DNA from: Flavobacterium sp.
Lineage (GTDB): Bacteria; Bacteroidota; Bacteroidia; Flavobacteriales; Flavobacteriaceae
DNA length: 64,000 nt
Assembly (NCBI RefSeq): GCF_029945805.1
Contig: NZ_JAQSDH010000006.1
Coordinates: 9,562 to 73,561, forward strand
Direction of reading: 5' to 3'
Shown here: piece after piece, positions 1-9,632 of the stretch
How positions within the stretch are numbered: position 1 is the stretch's first letter
Layout of the letters: every line of letters begins with the position of its first letter
Made by a program: the position numbers and the translations under genes
Notes under the pieces: model-generated
What the model saw: the letters and a program-made list of their open reading frames with translations, nothing else
Databases searched by the model: none
Told to the model about the DNA's origin: nothing

Positions 1-1123
1 TAATGGCGGGTACTAATCGTACATTTTCTTTACCAGCCGATTTTTGAAGTGAAGGCAACATATCCGCCGTTAGTTTTTCATTGTTGAAAGTAACAGGGTA
101 GTAATGTTCATAAGGCAAGATGACATCCGCAGTAGCACCAGCTGATTCTGCAGTTTTTTCCGCAATTTGTCTAATTCGAGCATAGATTAGTTTTTCATCT
201 TCCGCAGTAAACGTTCTTACTGTGCCCAACATTTCAACATTTTCTGAAATTATATTATCTCGATTTCCTCCATGAATAGAAGCAATGGTAACAACAGCGG
301 CATTTTCAGTGATATTAACATTACGGCTTACGATCGTTTGTAGGTTGTTGATTATTTGAGCAGCGACCACAATTGGATCAACAGCTAGCCACGGTTGTGC
401 ACCATGAGATGGTTTTCCGTTAACTGTTATTTTTACACTGCTAACGGCTGCCATGAAGCCTCCCGGGCGATAATTGATTTTACCCACTTCCGTTTGCGCA
501 CTCATATGCAATCCAAAGATAACATCCACTTTTGGGTTTTCGAGTACGCCTTCTTTTACCATGAGTTCTGCACCACCTTCTTCACCAGCAGGAACTCCTT
601 CTTCGGCAGGTTGAAAGATAAATTTAACAGTGCCTTTCAAATCTTTTTTAATGCCTGATAATATTTCGGCAACACCCATTAATATGGCGACATGCGCATC
701 GTGACCACAAGCGTGCATTACTGAAGTTTCTTTTCCGTTGTACATCGTTTTTACTTTAGAAGCAAACGGTAAATTATTTTTCTCTTCTACAGGCAAGGCA
801 TCCATATCTGCACGAAGTGCAACTACTGGGCCTGGTTTTTCGCCTTTTAATATTCCTACTACGCCTGTGATTCCAACGCCAGTTTTAACCTCAATACCTA
901 AAGATTGTAGGTGTTTTGCAATTAAATCTGCAGTGCGCAGTTCTCGGTTACCCAGCTCTGGATGTTCGTGAATATCGTGGCGCCATGCAATGACTTTGGG
1001 TTCTATTTTATCTGCAGCAACACTAATGGCGGCAGCGTGATTTGTTTTTTGAGCATTTGCATTAGTAGCATATAGTGAAGCAATACAAAGGAACATTAGT
1101 AATGTAAGTTGGTTTGTTCTCAT
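1..1123 (-). CDS. M20D-family amidohydrolase (N-acyl-amino-acid amidohydrolase-like), C-terminus cut by window edge
   Basis: Own minus-strand translation from the ATG at 1123 gives MRTNQLTLLMFLCIASLYATNANA (signal peptide). It continues IAWRHDIHEHPELGNRELRTADLIAKHLQSLGIEV..VVALRADMDALPV, and MHACGHDAHV lies near 690-720. These are typical M20D metal-site motifs. Absent from the ORF track because it runs off the edge. Confidence 0.8.
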   Translation of the reverse strand, partial: MRTNQLTLLMFLCIASLYATNANAQKTNHAAAISVAADKIEPKVIAWRHDIHEHPELGNRELRTADLIAKHLQSLGIEVKTGVGITGVVGILKGEKPGPVVALRADMDALPVEEKNNLPFASKVKTMYNGKETSVMHACGHDAHVAILMGVAEILSGIKKDLKGTVKFIFQPAEEGVPAGEEGGAELMVKEGVLENPKVDVIFGLHMSAQTEVGKINYRPGGFMAAVSSVKITVNGKPSHGAQPWLAVDPIVVAAQIINNLQTIVSRNVNITENAAVVTIASIHGGNRDNIISENVEMLGTVRTFTAEDEKLIYARIRQIAEKTAESAGATADVILPYEHYYPVTFNNEKLTADMLPSLQKSAGKENVRLVPAI

Positions 1124-1173
1124 AGCGTTAATGTTTTTGGTAATTTAAATATACTATAATTTTATCTTGGTAA

Positions 1174-1809
1174 TCAGAAGCTTTTGCTAGTTGGTTTTGA
1201 CTTTTGAACCGTTCTTTTTTTGAAGATATTAAATTTAAGCAACAATTTCTTTTTCTGAATTAACGTTCTCCAATCAATAAATAAAAGCGCACAGAGTAGT
1301 ATGAGACTTCCCGTTAACCCAACAAAAGATTGCCAAGAAAGAATATTGGATTCAATGCTGTTCAAATTACTTAAGGTATATTCTCCTAGCGATAAAGCAA
1401 CGGTATCACTAATGAATTTACCCAAAAAGAAAGCCGGAATAATGTAGAGCGGTGTTATTTTTGCCATGCCTCCAGCTACAAACAATGGCGTTGTAGGCAA
1501 AGGCAACAAAGAATACAAAAAAATGGCCATCTGACTTTTCCATCCTTTTATTTTTAATTGTTTACCAAGAAATAAAATGTCTTCGTTCTTGGAAGGTTTG
1601 AAATACGCATCAGAAATATAAGGTATATAAAGCGTTAGAATATAGCGTCCCAAAATAGACCCAGCAACACCAATGCAAATAACCGCCCACAAATTGAGAT
1701 CAAAGTATAACTGTAAAAACATCATAATGGTAAATGCCGGTAAAAACGGAAAAGGGACAATATCAAACAATAAGGCTCCAAGAAAAACTAAACAGTACTG
1801 CCACCACAT
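1174..1809 (-). CDS. DedA/VTT-domain-like integral membrane protein
   Basis: 211-aa ORF with several hydrophobic helices. The layout (FPFLP..GRYIL..LLPLPTTPLFVAGG) resembles the SNARE-associated/DedA family. Confidence 0.45.
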   Translation of the reverse strand: MWWQYCLVFLGALLFDIVPFPFLPAFTIMMFLQLYFDLNLWAVICIGVAGSILGRYILTLYIPYISDAYFKPSKNEDILFLGKQLKIKGWKSQMAIFLYSLLPLPTTPLFVAGGMAKITPLYIIPAFFLGKFISDTVALSLGEYTLSNLNSIESNILSWQSFVGLTGSLILLCALLFIDWRTLIQKKKLLLKFNIFKKRTVQKSKPTSKSF

Positions 1810-1858
1810 TTTTTACAAATTTGATTAAAAGCTAAATTACAACTAATATTTGATTGTT

Positions 1859-2485
1859 TTACTTATAAATCCACATCAAAACTGGTTTTTTGGTAGTCTG
1901 CAGCATCGGGTCAACTAGTTTCATGTTTTCATTAGAAATCGTGGGACAACCCCAACCTTCGGCAGTGCCATCTGGATAGACTTCTTTTTCGGGAACTTTT
2001 TCCCAAGAATGAAATACAATAAAGCGTGATTCGGCATTGCTGTTACTAGCTTCTAGTCCGTGCAAAACATATTTGATATGAATTCCCCAATTGCTATAGG
2101 CTCTTTCCGCAATTTTATATTTCCCTAAAGCCGAACAATGACTGCCATCTACATTACTAAAACTGGCTTGCTCTCTTGACCAATCAAAACTCCATGGATT
2201 TTTGCCGCAACCGTGGCCGACCAACATACGCATCGAAATGGTGTCTTTTTTATAATCGTAAACAAATAAACGGTTCAATCCCGAGTGGATGCTCATGTCT
2301 ACTAGGAAACAGAAATCTTCATTATACCGATTCTTTTTGCAAAAGGCTAAGGCTTCTTGGGCTTTGTGTTTTAGTGTTATCGTATTGATTTTGGGTTTGG
2401 TAGTTATGGCAAAATACCTGTTGTATCTAGTGTATCCAAAGGCGCTAACTATAATGATAAGCGCAACGGCTAAAACTTTTTTCAT
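1859..2485 (-). CDS. L,D-transpeptidase catalytic-domain family protein (YkuD_2-like)
   Basis: 208 aa with an N-terminal anchor. Motifs HGCGKNPW, GSHCSALGKY and EGWGCPT are as in murein L,D-transpeptidase catalytic-domain proteins of Bacteroidota. Confidence 0.6.
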   Translation of the reverse strand: MKKVLAVALIIIVSAFGYTRYNRYFAITTKPKINTITLKHKAQEALAFCKKNRYNEDFCFLVDMSIHSGLNRLFVYDYKKDTISMRMLVGHGCGKNPWSFDWSREQASFSNVDGSHCSALGKYKIAERAYSNWGIHIKYVLHGLEASNSNAESRFIVFHSWEKVPEKEVYPDGTAEGWGCPTISNENMKLVDPMLQTTKKPVLMWIYK

Positions 2486-2635
2486 GTCAGATATAAATTT
2501 TTTATGCGTTCGATATGTTTGATGTACTTATTTATTTATCAAAACGTAAATATTGAAAAAATAGTATGATTAGAAAAAAAAGAATCTACAAAAATTAAAC
2601 TTATATGCTAATTCTGAATTCTGAAATCAATACTG

Positions 2636-2643
2636 TATATTTG
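2636..2643 (+). promoter_or_regulatory. Bacteroidota -7 box TATATTTG upstream of the DUF493-DUF4290-murA block
   Basis: Exact match to TAnnTTTG, 18 nt before the ATG at 2661. Confidence 0.45.
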
Positions 2644-2660
2644 CTTTTATTTTATAAAGA

Positions 2661-2945
2661 ATGGATAAGAAGACAGAAGAATTTTATGCAAGATTGCGCG
2701 AAGAGTTGGGTAACACTTCAACTTGGCCGGGCGAATACTTATACAAATTTATTATCCCTACAGACAACCACAAAATTGCATTAGTAGAAAATGCTTTCGA
2801 CAACATAGGTGCTGTTATTCACACTACACAATCAAAAAACGCAAAATACACTAGCATATCAATAAACGTTACAATGGAAAGTCCGGATAGCGTAATTGAA
2901 AAATATATTCAATTGTCAGCAATTGAAGGAATAATATCATTATAA
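2661..2945 (+). CDS. DUF493 (YbeD-like) protein
   Basis: 94 aa. The WPGEYLYKFIIP motif and small size are typical of DUF493. Its stop overlaps the next start (TAATG). Confidence 0.6.
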   Translation: MDKKTEEFYARLREELGNTSTWPGEYLYKFIIPTDNHKIALVENAFDNIGAVIHTTQSKNAKYTSISINVTMESPDSVIEKYIQLSAIEGIISL

Positions 2946-3658
2946 TGACTGAAAAGTATATAAAAGAAAATGCCAACGAAGTCGTATTCAATTTAGAATA
3001 TAACGCCGAACGTTCACATTTAATCATCCCAGAGTATGGTCGTCATTTGCAAAAACTGATTGATCAAGCGGCTATAATTGAAGATCGAGTAGAGCGTAAC
3101 AAAGCTGCGAAATATATTATTCAAGTCATGGGAAATCTAAATCCACATTTGCGTGATGTATTAGATTTTCAGCATAAATTATGGGATCAGATTTTTATTA
3201 TGTCTGACTTTAAATTGGATGTTGATTCACCGTATCCCATTCCGACACGAGAAGTAATTCATCTGAAGCCCGAACGTTTAGCCTATCCTCAAAAATATCC
3301 AAAATACCGTTATTATGGGAACAATATCAAGTATATGATTGACGTTGCCAACAGTTGGGAAGAAGGTGAAATGAAAAGTGCTTTGGTAAAAGTAATTGCC
3401 AATCACATGAAAAAATCGTATTTGAGTTGGAATAAAGATACGGTTACCGATGTTGTAATTTTCGAACATTTATATGAGTTGTCAGATGGAACCTTGAATT
3501 TATTACAAAGCAGTGAAGAGTTATTGACTACAAACGATTTGATGCGTACCAATAAAAAGGTGTCTAACAAGAACATGCCGATATCTAATAATCCAAAGGT
3601 TAAAAATAATAAGAACGGCAAAAAGCCCTTTATCAAAAACAATACTAATCAGAAATAG
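2945..3658 (+). CDS. DUF4290 domain protein
   Basis: 237 aa with the IPEYGRHLQKLI motif. The position directly upstream of murA is the usual Flavobacteriia synteny. Lys/Asn-rich tail. Confidence 0.6.
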   Translation: MTEKYIKENANEVVFNLEYNAERSHLIIPEYGRHLQKLIDQAAIIEDRVERNKAAKYIIQVMGNLNPHLRDVLDFQHKLWDQIFIMSDFKLDVDSPYPIPTREVIHLKPERLAYPQKYPKYRYYGNNIKYMIDVANSWEEGEMKSALVKVIANHMKKSYLSWNKDTVTDVVIFEHLYELSDGTLNLLQSSEELLTTNDLMRTNKKVSNKNMPISNNPKVKNNKNGKKPFIKNNTNQK

Positions 3659-3696
3659 TTACGAGTTACAAATTATGAATTCAGTTTCGTACTGGT

Positions 3697-3736
3697 CATA
3701 ATTTATAATTCATAATTTATAATTCATAATTATAAG
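3697..3736 (+). repeat. 2.9 tandem copies of the 14-bp word CATAATTTATAATT, ending 2 nt before the murA ATG
   Basis: Copies at 3697-3710, 3711-3724 and 3725-3736. An inverted copy AATTATGAATT lies at 3671-3681. Confidence 0.85.
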
Positions 3737-3738
3737 AA

Positions 3739-5049
3739 ATGGGAACTTTTAAAATTGAAGGTGGAATTCAACTAAAAGGTGATGTAACACCGCAAGGATC
3801 TAAAAATGAAGCGTTACAAATATTATGTGCGGTACTTTTAACTCCAGAGAAAGTAACAATTAATAATATTCCAGACATTATTGATGTCAATAAACTAATA
3901 ACACTTTTAGGAAACTTAGGCGTTAAAATCCAAAAAAACGGCCCGAGTTCTATTACGTTCCAAGCGGACGATGTAAATGTTGGTTACCTTGAAACCGAAG
4001 CATTCAAAAAAGAAGGCGGAAGTTTGAGAGGTTCAATTATGATTGTTGGTCCACTATTGGCACGTTTCGGGAAAGGATATATTCCGAAACCAGGCGGTGA
4101 TAAAATTGGACGTCGTCGTTTGGATACACACTTTGAAGGATTTATTAATTTGGGTGCAAAATTCCGTTACGAAAGAGAAGATCATTTTTATGGTGTAGAA
4201 GTTAAAGGAAGATTAAAAGGCGCACACATGTTGCTTGACGAGGCTTCTGTAACTGGAACAGCAAACATCGTAATGGCGGCTGTTTTAGCTGAAGGAATTA
4301 CTACAGTTTACAATGCTGCGTGCGAACCATACTTGCAACAGTTGTGTAAAATGCTGAACTCGATGGGAGCGAAAATCACTGGAGTAGGTTCAAACTTACT
4401 GACTATTGAAGGGGTTGAAAAATTAGGCGGTTGTGAACATACAATCCTTCCGGATATGATTGAAATCGGTTCTTGGATTGGTCTTGCGGCTATGACAAGA
4501 AGTGAAATTACTATTAAAAACGTTTCTTGGGAGAATCTTGGTGTGATTCCGAGTGTTTTTAGAAAATTAGGAATCACTTTAGAGAAAAAAGGGGATGATA
4601 TTTATATTCCAGCTCATACTAAAGGATACACTGTAAAAACAGATATCGACGGTTCTATTTTGACTATTGCCGATGCGCCTTGGCCCGGTTTTACACCTGA
4701 CTTATTGAGTATCATTTTAGTCGTAGCCACTCAGGCCGAAGGCGATGTTTTAATTCATCAAAAAATGTTTGAAAGCCGTTTGTTCTTTGTGGATAAACTG
4801 ATTGATATGGGCGCCAAAATTATGTTGTGTGATCCACACAGAGCCGTAGTTATGGGACACAATTTCAAATCCCAATTGAAAGCAACGGTGATGAGTTCGC
4901 CTGATATTCGTGCGGGAATCTCATTATTAATTGCGGCATTATCGGCTAAAGGAACTTCGACCATTCAAAATATCGAACAAATTGATAGAGGTTACGAGCG
5001 CATTGATGAAAGACTTCGGGCACTTGGAGCCAATATTGTTCGAATGTAG
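3739..5049 (+). CDS. murA: UDP-N-acetylglucosamine 1-carboxyvinyltransferase
   Basis: 436 aa. Matches MurA end to end (QGSKNEALQILCA, PGGDKIGRRRLDTH loop, DRGYERIDERL). Confidence 0.95.
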   Translation: MGTFKIEGGIQLKGDVTPQGSKNEALQILCAVLLTPEKVTINNIPDIIDVNKLITLLGNLGVKIQKNGPSSITFQADDVNVGYLETEAFKKEGGSLRGSIMIVGPLLARFGKGYIPKPGGDKIGRRRLDTHFEGFINLGAKFRYEREDHFYGVEVKGRLKGAHMLLDEASVTGTANIVMAAVLAEGITTVYNAACEPYLQQLCKMLNSMGAKITGVGSNLLTIEGVEKLGGCEHTILPDMIEIGSWIGLAAMTRSEITIKNVSWENLGVIPSVFRKLGITLEKKGDDIYIPAHTKGYTVKTDIDGSILTIADAPWPGFTPDLLSIILVVATQAEGDVLIHQKMFESRLFFVDKLIDMGAKIMLCDPHRAVVMGHNFKSQLKATVMSSPDIRAGISLLIAALSAKGTSTIQNIEQIDRGYERIDERLRALGANIVRM

Positions 5050-5052
5050 TTT

Positions 5053-5496
5053 ATGAGAGTTTTTTCCTTTTGTCTACTATTATTATTACTGTCGTGTAAA
5101 ACAACGTATCGCAGAGTTTCAATAGATTCTATTTCTAAAACAGAAAAACAAAAGGTGTACAATTTTGGTAAAAGAATTTTGGAAACCTGTAAAACAAGAC
5201 AGTTCATTCAGTTAAGTGAAAAAGAAGCTACCAAAGGACTTGCTGCACTTTCATTAGAAGAAATGCAACATGCGTGCGATGTAGTAGATAAAAGAAATGG
5301 AAAGTTTATTAATATGAACCTTGTTGAGGTTATTGACAATACTTACTCAGGAAATTCTAAAATATACAGGTACAAAGCCAATTTTGAGAGAAATGATTTT
5401 GTAAATGAAGTTCGGATTTGGTTAGGCATCGATGGAAAATTTCAAGGAATTATTTGGAAGGAATGGAAAGACGAATATACACCGTATAAAAAATAA
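5053..5496 (+). CDS. hypothetical lipoprotein
   Basis: 147 aa with signal peptide and lipobox LLLSC. No family recognised. Confidence 0.5.
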   Translation: MRVFSFCLLLLLLSCKTTYRRVSIDSISKTEKQKVYNFGKRILETCKTRQFIQLSEKEATKGLAALSLEEMQHACDVVDKRNGKFINMNLVEVIDNTYSGNSKIYRYKANFERNDFVNEVRIWLGIDGKFQGIIWKEWKDEYTPYKK

Positions 5497-5539
5497 TAGA
5501 ATCCCAATGTGAAAGCATTGGGATTTTTAATTTCATTAA

Positions 5540-6307
5540 ATGGAAAACTATATAATTATTTTGCTTTGTCTCGCGGCTTTCCTTGCCGGATTTGTTGATG
5601 CTATTGTGGGCGGCGGCGGATTAATTCAAACTCCAGTTGCGCTGATATTATTGCCGAATTTAGCGGTAGCTTCTGTAGTTGGTTCTTTAAAAATTCCGTC
5701 GTTTAGCGGAACGGCGTTGGCAGCGAATCAATATCTGAAGAAAGTGACCATGAATTGGAAATTGCTTTCTGTGATGGCAGTTGTGGCCTGTGCTTCGGCT
5801 TTTTTAGGTTCACATCTTTTGACTAAAGTTCATAATGATTTTATGAAACCAATTTTGTTGGTCGTTCTAACATTAATTGCCATTTATACTTTTATCAAAA
5901 AAGATTTTGGAACGCACACCATCAAAAATTTATCCGAAAAAAAACAACTTTTCCTTGCTGTTATCTTCAGTGTAATAATCGGGTTTTATGATGGATTTAT
6001 TGGTCCCGGAACCGGAAGCTTTTTTGTTCTAGCTTTTGTCACGATTTTGGGTTTTGATTTTCTTCACGCCTCGGCGAACGCCAAAATGGTAAATCTTGCC
6101 ACTAATTTTGGTTCGATTTGCCTTTTTATTATCAAAGGGAAAATCATTTGGGCAATTGCGATTCCCATGGCGATTTGTAATGCTTTTGGCGGTTGGGTTG
6201 GTGCCAAACTCGCTATCAGAAAGGGCAACGATTTTATCCGTGTATTCTTTCTGATAGTAGTAATTGGAACTTTAATTCGTTTTGGATATGATGTGTTTTT
6301 TAAGTGA
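5540..6307 (+). CDS. TSUP (TauE/SafE) family membrane transporter, full length
   Basis: 255 aa, about 8 TM segments. Gly-rich GGGGLIQTP motif near the N-terminus, with a repeat in the second half. Confidence 0.75.
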   Translation: MENYIIILLCLAAFLAGFVDAIVGGGGLIQTPVALILLPNLAVASVVGSLKIPSFSGTALAANQYLKKVTMNWKLLSVMAVVACASAFLGSHLLTKVHNDFMKPILLVVLTLIAIYTFIKKDFGTHTIKNLSEKKQLFLAVIFSVIIGFYDGFIGPGTGSFFVLAFVTILGFDFLHASANAKMVNLATNFGSICLFIIKGKIIWAIAIPMAICNAFGGWVGAKLAIRKGNDFIRVFFLIVVIGTLIRFGYDVFFK

Positions 6308-8785
6308 TTATTCCAATACATTCAAAAACTTAAGCCCAAAAAGTACGGCATCGCCTTGGTAACCGTTTTGGTACGAACGAATATAATCTACTCTAAAAAT
6401 ACGGAATTTACCAAATCCTAAATTGTCTAAACCAACAGTAAATTCTTGGTAAGGTTTTCTATCCGGAACAGCAAGGTTATGAAATCCTAAAACCAATTGT
6501 GATCTCAATTTGTTCAGCAACGGAATTTTATTCATTATATATCCTTTGTCATTGTGTTCTGCATGGAATTCCAAAAAGCTGTCGTTTGTACTTGCTGAAT
6601 AATAAGGAAGATTATTGAAAACATTAGTGTAGCTTTCGCCACCGGTAACATGTGTTTGGTTTCCATTAAAATGTCTGTAATCAACAAATGAAATATTATC
6701 GGCATTGAAAAACTTTCCAGCTTTAAGGTTCAGTTTCATTTCGCCTTTGTTGCCAATGCTCAAATCTTGAGTGATTCTTGCCGAAAGGAAATCGTATTCA
6801 TACTTTTTATCCGTTGCGGCAAATGTTTTTTCGTAACCTAATAAAATAGACGGATAATCATCATTTCCGATGTTGTATTTACCATCGGGACGCGTCCAAT
6901 AGTGTTGACCAAATTTGATTCGTGCCACAACATTAGCTTTCATTAAATTATGTTTTTCAAAAGCAGGAGTGACAAAATCAAAAGGCAATAACGGATTGTT
7001 TGAGGTATAAACATCAGAGGATTTGACAACGCTTTGATCACTAGTATTCCACAATGGTTTTCTTTCAGAATATTCTAAGTTCAAATTCAAATTTAGTCCG
7101 TTGATGACTTCTCTTCCGAAATAAGCTGAAACAAAATTTTTCTCATGCAATTTCATGAAGTTGTTTTTGAAAAACAAACTGCTGACCGAATTCACCAGAT
7201 TTGAAATTGGATTATTTAGATTAAATTGGTTTACGCTGCTTCCTCCGTTAACTGAAAGTAGGCTGTTGTTTAGGTTGTTAAACTTGCGCTGATAACTTCC
7301 GGTAACTCTAAGTTTTTTTTCAGAAAATCCGTAATCAAATCTTGAGCCAATTCGAGTATAAGTGCGTTTTTCTTCGTCACGTTTTAAGTACGATAATCCA
7401 ACTTGTGTTTTCCAACCCTGAACCGTATTAAACGTGGTCGACATCAATGGACCGTCGTAACTCACTGACCATTTTTTATGTGAATTGCTATAAGTATAAC
7501 CGTTAATGATATCAGTTAATCTAAATTTATTTTTTTTCTTATCGATAGAATCTAAATACTGTTTCGATTTCTTTTTGGTTTGTAAAGCATCTTTTTTCAA
7601 ATAATCCGTCGTTTCTTCCGATGTCAAAGGAACTGGACGAATGGTGTTCCAAAACGAATCTTCTTTTTTATTCGCATTTAATTCAAATTTCAAGACTTCA
7701 TTCGTGAAGGTTTTCTTTTCAAATTTTTCTGGGAATTCGAAGTTGGTGAATACATACGTAAAGCGTCCGCTGATGTTAACACCCAACATTCCGGCTTCGA
7801 AGTCAACCGTCTGAGTGTTTTTTGCCCAAATTTTATTCTGACTGTTGTAACTGAAATTTTGTTTTAAAACTAAATTGTTCAATGCAGGATTGCCCATTTG
7901 CGCCCCTGTTATTGCCAAATCAACAGCGTAAATTTCCCAAGAATCATCTACAATATAGATGTAGCCATTCATTGCTGGTTCGGTATCGCGTTTCGGTGTG
8001 ACTTTTATTTTATGTATCATTTTATTGCCTTCATACATAAAAAAGCCATCGTATTTGTATTTGTAATAGTTGAACGCATTGTCTGCAATTGGGGAAACTA
8101 CTTTTGTGTCAAATTCTAAGTAATTTTCGTAAAAATCAAAATTCACATCAGCAGCATTGTTAAAACTGAATCCGTTATCGTTTCCGCTCACTTTGGAAGC
8201 CACAATAACTTCTTTCATTTTGTCTGGTTTTTGAAAAGAGATTTTTGAAACGGTTTCCGATAAGTATAAAATACCGCTTCGACTAGAATCTATAATTTCA
8301 TCAAAGAAATCAATCTTTTGTCCCATGATTGTTTTGGGAAGATTCTTTACTCTGAAAATTCCACGTGAATAGAAATCCGCATTGTATTTAGCCGTTTTTT
8401 TCGAATTCTCTTTGCGACTAGCAATCGCACTTCTCATTATAGCATCAGCTGGATTTACTTTGGCATCGATTACGACTTCATTTAAAGTAAAATTTTCTTC
8501 TACTAATACGATTTTTAAATTTTCAGCAAACTGACTTTTACTAATTGTTTTCTTTACTGTTTTATAGCCTAAGTACTGAAAGATGATGGTTGGGTTTTCC
8601 CCTTTTACATTTAATATAAATTCCCCAAGATCATTAGTAGTTGTACCATTATAAGTATTCTCTTCAAAGATGTTTACAATGGGTAATGGGTTTCCTTTTT
8701 CATCGATAACCCTTCCTTTGATTTGTGCAAATGAAGTAATGGTTAAGAAAAGGAATAAAATCGAAAGTAAGTTTTTTTGTGTCAT
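6308..8785 (-). CDS. CarboxypepD_reg-like + DUF5686 outer-membrane protein
   Basis: 825 aa. Signal peptide, then IKGRVIDEKGNPLPIVNIF..TTTNDLGEF (carboxypeptidase-regulatory-like domain), then a long beta-rich body typical of DUF5686 proteins. Confidence 0.6.
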   Translation of the reverse strand: MTQKNLLSILFLFLTITSFAQIKGRVIDEKGNPLPIVNIFEENTYNGTTTNDLGEFILNVKGENPTIIFQYLGYKTVKKTISKSQFAENLKIVLVEENFTLNEVVIDAKVNPADAIMRSAIASRKENSKKTAKYNADFYSRGIFRVKNLPKTIMGQKIDFFDEIIDSSRSGILYLSETVSKISFQKPDKMKEVIVASKVSGNDNGFSFNNAADVNFDFYENYLEFDTKVVSPIADNAFNYYKYKYDGFFMYEGNKMIHKIKVTPKRDTEPAMNGYIYIVDDSWEIYAVDLAITGAQMGNPALNNLVLKQNFSYNSQNKIWAKNTQTVDFEAGMLGVNISGRFTYVFTNFEFPEKFEKKTFTNEVLKFELNANKKEDSFWNTIRPVPLTSEETTDYLKKDALQTKKKSKQYLDSIDKKKNKFRLTDIINGYTYSNSHKKWSVSYDGPLMSTTFNTVQGWKTQVGLSYLKRDEEKRTYTRIGSRFDYGFSEKKLRVTGSYQRKFNNLNNSLLSVNGGSSVNQFNLNNPISNLVNSVSSLFFKNNFMKLHEKNFVSAYFGREVINGLNLNLNLEYSERKPLWNTSDQSVVKSSDVYTSNNPLLPFDFVTPAFEKHNLMKANVVARIKFGQHYWTRPDGKYNIGNDDYPSILLGYEKTFAATDKKYEYDFLSARITQDLSIGNKGEMKLNLKAGKFFNADNISFVDYRHFNGNQTHVTGGESYTNVFNNLPYYSASTNDSFLEFHAEHNDKGYIMNKIPLLNKLRSQLVLGFHNLAVPDRKPYQEFTVGLDNLGFGKFRIFRVDYIRSYQNGYQGDAVLFGLKFLNVLE

Positions 8786-8926
8786 GGTATATATTAAATG
8801 GATATTATAGAAAGGATTCCACTGGGATTCACTGAGAATGATTATTAATGTTTATTTGGAATTATTTAGAGATTTAAAATAATTTGCTTTGTGATTCTCC
8901 TTTTATCTCTGTGCAACTCTGTGTAA

Positions 8927-9340
8927 CTAAAGAAAGGATTGTAAAGCTAATTCGTAACTCTTCAAACCGAAACCAATTATGATTCCTTTTGCATTAGCTG
9001 AAATAAAAGAGTCATGGCGAAAAGTTTCTCTGGCGAAAGTATTGGATATATGAACTTCAATTGTTGGTATTGATATTGCTTTTACGGCATCGCCAATTCC
9101 AATAGAAGTATGCGTGTATGCAGCCGCATTCAAAATAATTCCATCATAAGTAAATCCAACTTCCTGAATTTTATCTATCAGCTCGCCTTCTATATTACTT
9201 TGATAATATTCTAATTCGATACTGTTGTATTTCTGTTTTAATTCCTGAAAGTAATCTGTAAATGTTAGGGTTCCATAAACTTCGGGTTCTCGTTTGCCCA
9301 ACAAGTTCAAATTTGGACCATTTATGATTATAATTTTCAT
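8927..9340 (-). CDS. aroQ: type II 3-dehydroquinate dehydratase
   Basis: 137 aa. MKIIIINGPNLNLLGKREPEVYG and AYTHTSIGIGDA motifs. Confidence 0.95.
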   Translation of the reverse strand: MKIIIINGPNLNLLGKREPEVYGTLTFTDYFQELKQKYNSIELEYYQSNIEGELIDKIQEVGFTYDGIILNAAAYTHTSIGIGDAVKAISIPTIEVHISNTFARETFRHDSFISANAKGIIIGFGLKSYELALQSFL

Positions 9341-9596
9341 AACTGACTAATGTTTTCAGTAAAAATAGAAAATCTTAGGATATAGAAAGTTAATTTTAAT
9401 AGTATTTTTCAAAGTAATTATGTTAAAATTGGTCTTTAAAAGCCTTGTTTCGTTGGATTGATTTTTAACTAAATTACGATATTTGAATTGGATTTTTTGC
9501 AATTGACTGATTAGTAGTTTTTTGTTGTCAATATATTGTTAATAACATTGTTAACAACTGCATTGTTCGTATATAGTGGTAGAAAAGGATTACTTA

Positions 9597-9604
9597 TAAA
9601 TTTG
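9597..9604 (+). promoter_or_regulatory. -7 box TAAATTTG for the small OM barrel gene
   Basis: Exact TAnnTTTG match, 28 nt before the ATG at 9633. Confidence 0.4.
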
Positions 9605-9632
9605 TCTATATTAATTTTAAAATTAAATAAAC

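Noticed and set aside
395-971. Plus-strand ORFs 395-658 and 738-971
   Set aside because: Both lie inside the minus-strand M20D amidohydrolase gene, which carries HACGHDAH and other motifs. They are shadow ORFs.
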